A stretch of 64,000 nucleotides of DNA from Anthoceros angustus (Eukaryota; Plantae; Anthocerotophyta): positions 310,001 to 374,000 of the forward strand of contig MU008182.1 of NCBI GenBank assembly GCA_010909165.1, given 5' to 3'. The notes under the pieces are model-generated. The model was not told where the DNA came from, did no database searches, and saw nothing but the letters and a program-made list of their open reading frames with translations. Positions 24,601 through 35,679 of the stretch are shown in pieces; positions within the stretch are counted from its first letter, which is position 1, and the number at the start of each line of letters is the position of its first letter. The position numbers and the translations under genes were made by a program.

Positions 24601-25643
24601 TGGGCGCCTGCAAGAGGAAATATACATGAGACAACCCGAGGGTTACGAAGTCAAAGGCAAAGAAGATTGGGTATGCCGACTCATCAAAGGTTTGTATGGC
24701 CTTAAGCAGTCAGGCAAGAATTGGAATTTAACCATACATGTACAACTTATTGGGAGAGGATTTAAGCAAAGCCAGGGTGATGCTTGTATGTACATCCTAA
24801 TATCTGGCAATGATATATTTTATCTTCTACTTTATGTTGATGATGTTTTTATGGCAACAAACTCCCTTACCCTCCTAGCTAAAACTAAAGCATGGCTTAG
24901 GACTCTATTTGAGTTGTCCAATCTAGGAGAAATGACATATGCACTTGGTGTTAATATTATACCATAGTATAAGTTCAAACCAAGTATATTAAGGTTTAGC
25001 TAAATTTGGACTTGAGGATGCAGATATACCTTTTGCAAGTGGTTACTCACAATTCTTGGAGAATCACGGGCCCAAACCTTTGGATGCAATTTAGCGTATA
25101 TTCGGATACCTTAAAGGCACTATGTACAGCGTAATGTTCAAGCATACACCAGCTATCAACACATTAACTCTAACGGCATATCGATGCCGACTATCTTTGG
25201 TGACCGACACACGAAAATCAGATCGGGTATGTATTACTCTTGGGAGGAGCACCAATATCCTGGTCAAGTAAGAAACAACCTACTATAGCTTTGTCAATCG
25301 AATCGAGTACAGTACTAACCTCGGTTCTAAAGACATAGTGTGGTCCAGGTTAGTTTTGAGTGAACTTCATCATCCTCAACTTAAGCCTACATCTTTGTTT
25401 AGTGATAGCCAGGGTGCCACTGCACTTGCACGAAATCCTGTTTTTCACTCTAGAACAAAACATATAGCTGTTGAGTATCACTACATAAGGGAAATGTTAG
25501 AAGATAGAACTATAGATATTAGTTATGTTCAAACTTTAGATAATGCTGCTGATTTATTAACAAAGTCATTGGGAATTGAGTTACATAGGAAACACATGAA
25601 ATGTTTAGGTATAATGGACACACAGTCCAAACCTTTAACCTAA
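21640..25643 (+). mobile_element. Ty1/copia element C, heavily decayed
   Basis: gag RNLSMKESDTIEHHVNAFR. Frameshifted SWYLDSGATSHIC at about 22555. Integrase YTPQQNGVAENKN (23353-23940). RT KWVFKIK...YVDD (24338-24967). RNase H DSQGATALARNPVFHSRTKHI (25338-25643). Confidence 0.95.
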
Positions 25644-25885
25644 TACTCACCCTAGCAGCCTTAGGGCCGATTTAAGATAACCTTAAAATCTTAGCCCAAA
25701 AATTATTGTCTTACTATTTTTCTGAACATTTTTCTTCTTCTATCTCAAAATAGCTTAGGTCATCTCTACCCTCCTCCTCATAGACAGCCAACATAGAACC
25801 TGGAATATTTATAATAATAATAATAATAATTAAGCAGTATATTTTATGTAATTAAAACATTAAATTCCCTTAGCAAGTCTTCCAT

Positions 25886-27767
25886 GTGAGGAATTCCCAG
25901 GACATATCCGACATATTGTCCGTAGATCTCCTAGGCATACAGTTGCTTCGCGTCAGATCTGAAGGCCTCTTGATGATACACCAATACCAGTATATACAAG
26001 ACATCCTAACCAAGTTTAAGCTTGATCAGGCACGACCAGCAACTACACCATCAGCCATGGGTGTTAAACTAACAAGCCTACAATGCCCCCAGTCTGAAGC
26101 AAAGAAACAAGAAATGACTGATGCTCCTTACAGACATGCAGTAGGGAGTCTTTGTTGGGAATTGGACACGTCCTGATATACAGTATTCTGTAAGCACACT
26201 TTTCCCAATTCTTGGAGCATCCTAGACGCGCTCACTGGGTAGCTGCCAAAAGAGTCTTCCGTTACTTGAAAGGCACTCAATACTATGGCTTATGCTATAA
26301 AAGCAGTGGTGACAAACAACTTACCTTACGTGGTTTCACAGATGCTGATTGGGCATCAATCAGTGATAGCAGGAGAATCCTCTCTACATATTGCTTCCTT
26401 TTAGCAGATGCTGCCATAAACTGGAGTTGCAAAAAGTAGGCATCTTAAGCCCTCTCGTCTTCAGAGGCAAAATAGAAGAGCCTCACAGATGCTTCGAAGG
26501 AAGAAGAATGGGAAAAGACCTTCCTTATAGATTTGGGGCAACAGCAGATGAGCCCAACTCCTCTATTGTGTGATAACATGTCTACCTTGGCTCTTGTTGC
26601 AAACCCGAGGTTTCGTGCCAGGACAAAACACATGGAAATCCAGCACCATTACATCAGAGACATGGTTGAGCGTGGTGTTGTCAAGGTGGATTATGTCCAT
26701 ATGGACAAGAATATAGCCGACATATTAACAAAGGCCCTGCCCAAGTCGAAGCACTATCAACATATGGAAAGCCTAGGACTCTATGACCTTACAGGTTACT
26801 ACAAGGACGCTAAGTGAGCAACTGGAGCACTTATCTGGTTTGTGTGGAGGTGGGAGCCTGTGCTCCTTGATTTGGATATTAGTTCATCTGCCTCCTCGCT
26901 GCCAAGCTATGTTTACTGCATGCCACCGAGATGCAAACTTGTTAGAGCTCAGGGAAACATGCTCAACACATCTCAAGTGTCAGCCAACAGCAGGCGGATG
27001 AAGCTCAACATTTACGTGATCACCTGGCTGCTGGCATACTACTCTCCTTCAACTGGCCTAGGAGTTTCACAGTCTCCTTGAGATGTGTGAGCAGGCTAGC
27101 CTCCTTCTCGACTTCTTCTGGTGTCCATGGCAGCTCGGCTGCCTCTTCTACATTCGCAGTGGTCTCTTCCAGCTCAAGGAGATGTTCAGCTCAACTCTGA
27201 ATCCTCTGATGTTAAGGTACCGCCCCACACACACGCAACTTGTGTCTCCCTCCATCACCACTTCAGGAAGCTGGATACTGGACTGGGGAATTGGATTCTG
27301 CTCTGCGCTCCATCCTTCTTCTAGACCTTCGGTTGCTGCCGCTGCCCATCTTTCTCGAGTATTGTTGCCCACTTCTCATCTTTATCACGATTGCGATAGA
27401 CAACTGTGTGATTGTGAAGAGGGCTGTCAACAAATAGGCCAGGGCAGAGGCTAGCTCAATTGCCATCGCTGCTCACGCTATTCAGCTGTGTCCAGGAGTG
27501 ATCGAGTGTGTGGTACCTGTTTCGCGTGTGGTACCTGTTTAAGCTCATCCAGCTTAAGAGGGAGTGTCAATATATAATTAACCCTGGATTACACTTAAGT
27601 TAGCTATGGTTAGGGTTGAATGGGTATAGGTTATATATGTGACCTTTCGATATTAGGGTTTAGTATAAAACACAATTGAGACATTTTGTTTAATTTGATT
27701 GTGATTAGTTTTGTCTATCTTGTTTTTGTCTATCTCTTCTCCAAGCTGTCTGTGATTATGTACAACA
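25886..27767 (+). mobile_element. Ty1/copia fragment E: RT C-terminus, RNase H, 3' region, PPT and 3' LTR
   Basis: YRHAVGSL, GFTDADWAS, CDNMSTLALVANPRFRARTKH. PPT AAGAGGGAG (27556-27564), then LTR TGTCAAT...TACAACA (27565-27767). Confidence 0.88.
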
Positions 27768-28896
27768 ATTGATATACAATGACAAAAGTGGGATAATATA
27801 GGTCTTGCTAGCTAGATGCTAGGAATTTAGCTCTACACCTGGCCAAAGATGCATGAGGTAGGACATCCTTCTAATTGGATGACTCACATCGCCAAATTAT
27901 GTCAGTGCCCTCCTTCGTCAAAGAAAAAAGTAGGGTACCTCTCCCACTCCGGTATTTCGAAACGCTCCTTCCCTTTCTACCAGAGGCCATAGCCCTCTAC
28001 TAAACAAAGATTCAGTCGCTTTTTTTCTTCTTCACAAAGGGACCAAAACAGCATTATCAACATACTACTAGTCTCAATCCCACGATATTGTCAACCCTGT
28101 CACACCAACAAGTTAACAAGGTTCTACATGTAAACCTTAGAACACAGAAAGAGAGAAAACGAAATTACCAAGATTCAGGTGATAAATAAACTCACCGGTC
28201 CCGATCAAAACCATATCACTTTCTAACAAAAATTATTAGGTGCCACAACGTACAAACAAATACACAAAAAGATAGAATTAAGTAAATGGAACAATTTTTT
28301 TTTTTTAAAAGCCCAATGAGTTGGACCCTCCGATGATGGGGCATGCTACGACTCCCTTGTGTGAGTCACATGTAAAGCATTTTAATTCTAAAGCATTTGA
28401 GGCCACCTGATATACAATCTATGTAGTCCATACAGCAAAAAGGGCTAATGTAAGGTCCTTTAGGACGGTCTAATACATGATCTCTGGTGCCAATGGGCCA
28501 CTATTGTAAGGCAATCCAGGGCCTCCTTGTTGGTTATTGACGTTGTAAGGCCCTCTAGGGTACTCTGAATGAGTGGAATATAAATACCTGATCTTCTCAC
28601 TAAAAAAGATCGATTTGCACTTTGCGTTAAGTAAACTATTTCACAGAACTGGATATCCTTCCCTGCCCTATATCGAACCTATTCCTTTGTATTGCTTTTA
28701 TGATACAGTATGCATTAATTTTATGATACAATAACGTTGAGAATCTTGAGCTAAGTCTATTGCACAAATTTATTTTGTTGGATGGTAAATCGTCTATCTA
28801 TGTTGTCTCATTATAAATCTTAGATGCAAGTTATTTTTATGTTGTCTCATTATAAATCTTATATGCAAGTTATTTTTATGTAATAAAAATAAATGA

Positions 28897-31190
28897 GTGA
28901 CTACACCAATACAGTGTGAAAAGGGAAATCTTATTGGACATATAAGAGTTATAGATATGAAGGCTATTGACAAGCGCATAACACAAGGGCCTAAAACAAT
29001 CTTGAAGAATTCTAAGCAATGTTCTGAGTTTTACAATCATTTGAGAAGTAATGAGCTTCACGGATGGGGAATTTGTGATGATGTATCCATTGATGCTCAA
29101 AGTGAAACGTTGTCTTTGGAGATCGATTGTGTCGAAGAAGAATCTCATAGAAAGGGTATTAAGCAGATTATCAAATAAATAGATAGAAAGAGACTTTCCC
29201 ATGGATATCACACATTTAAACTCTGAGATCGTATTTGATGTATTTTTATATTTCAGACTACATGAAATTACAAGAGAGCATATATACTTCCATGATGACT
29301 AGAGAAGAAGTACGTAAACTGCGTCGTGCTGAGTTGCAACAACTATATAACATGAATAGAAAACAAAAGGAGGTAAGTGATATATATACATGCTAAAATA
29401 TAATATTTTAATTAAAAATAAAAATATGGCACTATGTACAAATAGAGTAACTTATGTAAATTGTGCATAAGGCTATCAATAATAAAAAGAAATAAAAATA
29501 ATATATTACATACGCAACTAGACGAAAGATTAATGTATTCAATTTTTGACTTATAAATATGAATTCATAAATAATAGGAAGAAAAAAAAATTAAAGTAGA
29601 CTTAGAAATGCAACTACAAAGACTACGACGTCAAGCTGAGCTTGAGCTACGACGTGAAGCAACAATGAATAAATACCAGGTTGAAATACTTGAAGATATA
29701 ACATAATTCTACAGATCCTAGATATTGACATAAATTTAATTTATTAGAAGCTACTGGAAGATAAGAAAAAGCAAGAGTTATTTTTGCTACAATGGGAGCT
29801 AGCATGTTTACATTCATGTAAAGCTAAAGTGTATTTCTATGGCTGGAGACCGTGGTGTATCTTTCTACAAATTAGCCAGTAAGTATTGTTCTTGATGTGC
29901 ATTCAAATAATAGTCTTTCTTGCTCAAATTTTTGTAGCCTCTAGAGTTAAACATAAGATTGGCAATAATGTGCAATTTTTAAGATCATTGACTCTATTCC
30001 TGGTCCTCTTGTATTCGAGAAGGCCAATGAAAGTAGAAGATGTTTCTTTACAGAGGAATTATGAAGAAGGCATTATTCCACTACATAAAATGTGCCAAAC
30101 AAAAAACATTTTCCTCTTGGAGCTTGAGAGTATTACAAGAACAACAAAAAATCACGAAGCACAAAAGATTTCTTTCTACTAAGGCAGATTTTTTTCAAAA
30201 GGGATGGTGTCAAGGATTGTTTTGGAGCAAATGGCATGAAATGCGTGATGCTGATAAGCAATATCATGGACGATTACTCAGAGACACACTACAATCATTT
30301 CGAGAGGTATGTGTTTAGTTTTATATATACACAGTGCTAAATACGCATATCTTGCAACTTTTGACTTCACTTTTGATTATACGCTTTCAAGATATGCAAC
30401 TTTTGACGTCACTTTTGATTATACTCTTCCAAGATATAGCTTGTAGACATCTTTTATGGAAATGATTGATTTGATAAGTATAGTAATTATAATAATCATA
30501 CATTCATTGAATTTTATTACTAAGTATTTTATATAATATTTTATAAAACTATTCAATCATTAGAATTAGCAACTTATTATCACATCAACTTATGATACTT
30601 TAGGCCATCCAACAATTTAAACAACTTGAAAATTTTGGAGAAAAGAAAAGAAAGGATAATTTGAGCAAACAAGCTTGGGGACAATGGCGACAACTAGTAG
30701 AAGAAGCAAGAACCCTCAAATTCATGATTGAACTTGAAGAAGACCGAATTGGGTGTGAGCACGCATATAGGTTTTAAGTGCATGCCTCTAAACTCGCAAT
30801 GTGCTATATTTATCTATTCTAGAGTATATTAATGGTTTTACAAAATTAACCTCAAGTTAAACATTTCATGCTTTCACAAGCAATTGTTTGATTTTGCTCA
30901 TTTTTTAAATTAAATTTCATATCTCATACATGTAAAAGCCCAAGGTAGAAGGTGCCCTGAAAGATTAACAAGAATGACAACTGATGCATTCATGGTCATA
31001 TAGGGCACTATCCCTGAAAGCTTTCCGTGGATGGCAAGATGCAATAGAACATCAAAGAGTTGAGATTTCTAAGCTGCAAAGAAGGAAAGTAGTGTGGTGT
31101 AAAATTCATAATTGGCTTAATGAGAATCTTGATGTTAGTATAAAAAGTCTAGCATTTCTTCATGACGCAATTCAAAGTAAGATTTCATAA
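28897..31190 (+). pseudogene. Spliced coiled-coil gene with Sfi1-like (centrin-binding) repeats, disrupted
   Basis: Exons 28897-29155, 29257-29372, 29578-29679, 29748-29878, 29938-30306, 30604-30752 and about 30939-31190, with GT-AG introns and mostly matching phases. Repeats fit A-X7-LL-X3-F/L-X2-W spacing (ALFHYIKCAKQKTFSSW, ADKQYHGRLLRDTLQSFR). In-frame stops at 29980, 29989, 30028, 30034, 30966 and 30975, plus a 1-nt phase break in exon 4. Confidence 0.6.
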
Positions 31191-31501
31191 TAAAAATTGG
31201 ATTTTCACATCATATATGTAAAGAATAATTTTTACATAATACTTTCTAATTTGACTAGATAAAATTTAACGATCACCCCACATTATACTTACCCTAGTTA
31301 ATAAAGCTGGTAGGCACCCTGCACCTAATTGGTTAGGTGTATCTTTCAATATTCAATTCAATAGAAGGATGGTTTGGTGTGGAATAATTGTTTATCAATC
31401 ATACTACTAGGCAAAGTAAAAATTTATTTATGAATAAATTTTTTATTATATTTTTAATTTTATTAGGTGTGTACCAATATATGTATCTACTTATACCTAG
31501 A

Positions 31502-33343
31502 TGTGGAATGCGAAATTTTGGGTCACTGGCTCAAGTGGGTTCGTTTTGGAACAGACCCAATTTCTTTTGGTCAGGAACGGTTTGAAAGGAATGTGTTAGA
31601 ACTTTTTTTGGTTCTTTTGGAGCTGGAGCTGTAGGATAGTGTTAGGAAGGAAGGTAGAAAGCTTAGGGAGAAAGAAACGGGGCAAAATGGCCTTCAAGAG
31701 AGGAGAGTAGGTGCCAAACCCTAATCAGCATCTACCGTCGTAGGTGGGTGCCTACCGTGGTGGGTGGCTACCTATTAATGTAGGTTGTTCGAGTAGAAGA
31801 CATGGTAAGGCGACTATATATGTGATTAGTGGGCGGATTAGGATAATTATGTCTTAAATAGGGTAGTTAAAGACAATCCAAGATAATTAGGATAATTAGG
31901 ATGAATTTGGTAATTAGAATGATTAAGAGAAATTAGGAAATTAGATAATTAGGAAAATACCAATTCAGGATAAGGCAATAAGGGAAATTAATATTTCCGA
32001 TATCGATGGTGAGGAAGGTGCGATGTGGCACCCATCTAACAGCCGGCAATCAAGGTTTGGGAGGCATTACTTCTCAAACTGGACCCCCACTCACCTTTTT
32101 CTCTCTTGCAGTTGGAGTCCCCACAATTGCATGTCAAGTGTAAGGGAGCGAAGTCGTGGTAGCTCGGAAGAGGCGCGCCTATGGTAGGCGAGCACAAGGG
32201 CGCAAGCGTACAATGGCTACGCCGAGGAGGAAGCGCGCCTCGCATTGTGGCAAGAGCACAGAGAGGGCACTAGGAGTAAGCCCCGGGTGGCGGTGGCGAC
32301 GAGATTGGGGTGGTTGACGGAGTGGAAGCAGTTGGAGTTGTAAGGAAATTGTATGGCAGGAAGGAGCGGCCACGGAGCTAGAAGAAGAAACCCCTATGAC
32401 GGTGAAGAGGGAGAAGAGATTGTGTGTAGTGGACAAGTTGTTGGGGAGCTGTGGCCTAGGAAAAGTAGGAGGCTCAGCAGAGCCTAAGGCTGTGGTTTGA
32501 GGGCCAAAGCACTAGGAGGCCGTTGAGAAGATGAGTTGTGGCAAGAGAGGGCGCCAGGGTTGCCTGGGGTCTTAGGAGCTTGTGGGCAGTTCGGGAGGAA
32601 TTTGCCACTTTTTGTGGCAATTGGGACTAGGAGACACCTCTTGAGGGAATAGGGGTAAAAGGCTTGGCAAGGGTGTGCAAAGGGCTCTGTTGAGGGCTCT
32701 GTTTGGCTATTGAGGGCTAAGGCTGTGAGTGTTGCAGGTAACCTACCATGGGGAAGTAGGAGTCACGGAGGAAGGAGTTTTCTCCTCAATTTCTTGAAGG
32801 GAATCAGCGAAGGAGACATGGTGAAGACTCCTAGGGTGAGTAGAGCAAAGAAGAAGGGGGCCACGCCAAGCAAGGAGGGGCCACCCCCTCAGGTCAAGTC
32901 ACCCTTGAAGGAGAAGGGGGCAGCTAAAGGCAAGGAGGCTAAGGCAGGAGACTCGAATTCCCAAGAAGGGGGGCTGGAAATGCCCAAGTTTATGTGCTTT
33001 GCAGATCAGATGTTCCCAAAGGACTTGATGGATTTTAGACCTTGGGCGAGCTAGGAGAATATCCAACTGCAGTGGGTGTATGGTAAGCACTGGGCCTACT
33101 CAAATCTGGAGTTGATTGAGGAGTGCTACGCAAGCCTCCATCAATCGGAGGATTATTTAGCAGCCCTACTAGAGAGGAACGCCAGGACTAACCCTCGATG
33201 TTGGACGGTGTGCAGCATAAGACAGGTGTATGGAAGACCTCACAACGAGGATAGCGGGATAGTTCTCATGGAGAGAACTGGTAATGAGAAGAGGTCTCCT
33301 ATGCCACCTTTGCTTGATGAGGCCGTAGCTCTCATGGTGGGAT
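31502..33343 (+). mobile_element. Element 2, a relative of element 1: TG-terminus, non-coding leader and accessory ORF from ATG 32818, cut by element 3
   Basis: Start TGTGGAATGCGAAATTTTGGGTCAC aligns with position 45 of element 1 (about 21 of 26 nt). MVK... ORF with a shared W-motif. Abrupt switch from AT-rich flank at 31501. Confidence 0.65.
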
Positions 33344-34649
33344 TGTGGGAGGAAAATCCCGGGGCTTCCGAGATTCACCCTCTAGAGGTCATACTTATCC
33401 CACTGTCGCTTAGTACGTTGGGTTTCGTCCCATGAGACTTGTGTGGACCGTCGGATTTTGAGAGATCAATCGTTGACTACACCCACTCACAACATCAGCC
33501 CCCTCAACAAGCAAGGCGCCCTCTAACTTCCCCTCTACAGCAGATGCACCACTTGCACTGCTCCAAAAATTCACCAACTCCTGACCTACAACGACACAAC
33601 ACAACTGTAGGCCATGCCTCAGCGGAAAGGAGTCCACCACAGGCGCCCAGGGACCCCCTGACCCACGCCGCGATTTTGTCCCCACCTCCTCCAACGATGG
33701 GAGCGCTTCTTGCTGCAGATTTGGGATTCGTCCCGTAGGCTCTGCCTTGGGCCTTCTGCTATTTCCTACACTCTAATCCTCTACTCAACATTCCACTCCT
33801 CCTCATCCTCAACGCTCAGCTCGACTCAACTCATCATCCTCCTACTCTAACCTCACTTCAAGCTCATTGGCCCCAACTCCCCCTTACGGCACAACTGGGG
33901 TCCACCTACAAGCCAGCAAGTTCTTCCTTGGGCCGGTTGCTTTGAGTTTGACACCAGACAGCGAGAACCTCTAGGGAGTCTTTCCCTGTAGTCTACCCTC
34001 AAGCCGAGAGTCCCTTGGGCATTGCCACACACCCAAAGCAAAGCAATTTCACAGCAACCATTCACAAGGGGAGCAACCCATCAAGGCGCCCGCAGGATCG
34101 AGCCCTCTACCAAGCACTCCGACCACCGCAAACTTCCTTTCTACCAGACACTGTGTTAGCTTTCAGTCGGCACGAAATTCCTTCACAAGGAGTAAAGGAC
34201 TCACGAGTTTGGAAGTGCAAGACGTGATACTTTACCTCTCAAAACTTGTCCTCTTATGTAGGACATATATATACGGCCTCCCTTAGTCTAGACTCCCTCT
34301 TCCTTGATGGCTGCCAGCTACACAATTTAATATTTCTTGACCTTTCAAAAAGGCCTCATTAATACTTTCCTTGGAAACTTAACCCAACCGTTAGCAGGCC
34401 TTTAAATAATTCTTATCTACCTCACCCACTTGCAACCATCATAGCTTCCTCTTTAACACTCCTAGCTAACAATAGTCCTAGCTACAAGCAATCCTCCAAG
34501 GCGTCAACTGTGATCCTAAGAGAGCCAGTTGTCAAGTTTTTAAAAACCTTAGGGGAGACCTTACCCTTATCTTCCCCCCCACACACTCCTTATTACCATC
34601 CATTCTAGCTCAATGGGCTCAAGAGTAGAGCCCCTCTCGTCCTCCTTCG

Positions 34650-35217
34650 TGTTGAGGATATAGCTTACTGAGTTTGTTAAGATGGATATGACTATGCGTA
34701 AAAGATGTAGGTGATTGAGCTTACTATAAGTATATAGAAGTGGGTAAATGGGAAACATATACCCCCTATTGAGTAGAAAATGTGAGTGACACTTTTTAGG
34801 GTTTAAACAGGGGTGAGACCAGCTAGCTATAGGCCAAATGGCTTAGGCCAAATGGACACACATTTATAAGAACGCTGTGATTAAGCATTTTGAGCTTAGA
34901 TCAGTACTTAAATGGGGTGCCTAAAGGGAGTGGATGCCCTTGGTGCAAGTAGCTTAGGCACACCATGGTACAAGTTGTCAAGTACCAAGTCCCATGACGG
35001 AAATCCGTCCTTACTGGACTTAAGTAAAATTCTTCTTCTTCTTCTTCTTCTATAGCAAGTTCAGCTCTTTGACTATTGTCTTTGTGTTGTTTGCTCAAAG
35101 TTGCTCTTCATTTGTGTTTTAAGGCCTTGTATAGGTGGTCTTAGTTTTGCAATTCTGAACACTTGCTTTCTTGACACTTCTTACCCTCTTGAAGCATGGT
35201 TAGCTTCCAATCTCAAC
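34650..35217 (+). mobile_element. Solo LTR (568 bp) of copia family D
   Basis: Perfect 7-bp terminal inverted repeat TGTTGAG...CTCAACA. Flanks CTTCG/TTTCG (5-bp TSD, 1 mismatch). About 94% identical over a 115-bp block to the inverted LTR at 41889-42171. Confidence 0.9.
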
Positions 35218-35520
35218 ATTTCGCTGGCCATCCATCCCCTAGTAAGATAGTTCTGACCCTCTTGGCCGCAGGCATGTCTTCCACACATGCTTTCCTTACC
35301 CTAGGGGAGGAGGGTTTCACCTCCTTAGCCCCTTGTTCTCCCACCACCTACCAGTGGCCTCCTTAGCACCTTGTTCTCCCACTAATTTACAGGGGCCTCC
35401 TTAGGCCTTGTTCTCCCACTAATTTACCAGGGGCAGCAACCCCTGACCTTGCTTCCTCTGTAGGGGGAAAAGTATTGGCTTCCCCCATCGCCTCATTCCC
35501 CTTAGCAGCCCCTCTGACGG

Positions 35521-35679
35521 ACCTACCCCGGGAGGTCCCCCACCTATGGTGGTAGGTAGGTCACCTACCACGATAGGTACCTTACCTACGTCGGTAGGTA
35601 CTCCAGCTACGGCAATAGGTGCCTGACCTACGTCGGTAGGTCTCATACCTTCGACGGTAGGTAAGCTCCCTACCGGTGC
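35521..35679. repeat. Array of 7-8 palindromic boxes ACCTAC-N4-GTAGGT at exact 21-bp period (second array 37660-37750)
   Basis: Boxes start at 35521, 35542, 35563, 35584, 35605, 35626, 35647 and 35668; also at 37660, 37681, 37702 and 37723. Confidence 0.92.

Noticed and set aside
29938-30990. Stops in the Sfi1-like gene repaired by U-to-C RNA editing, as in hornwort or fern organelles
   Set aside because: The gene is nuclear with spliceosomal introns. Every stop codon begins with T, so the pattern is uninformative, and there is also a phase break.
31320-31500. Helitron 3' end (hairpin CACCTAA-TTGG-TTAGGTG plus CTAG at 31497-31500) capturing the Sfi1-like exons
   Set aside because: The hairpin is about 160 bp from the CTAG, the next base is A rather than T, and no 5' TC end was identified.
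34795-34806. Telomeric TTTAGGG motifs (also at about 31710 and 42080)
   Set aside because: These are single telo-box-like words inside LTRs, not arrays.
35521-35679. CRISPR-like repeat/spacer array
   Set aside because: The variable parts are only 4-5 nt, the context is a eukaryotic TE, and there are no cas genes.
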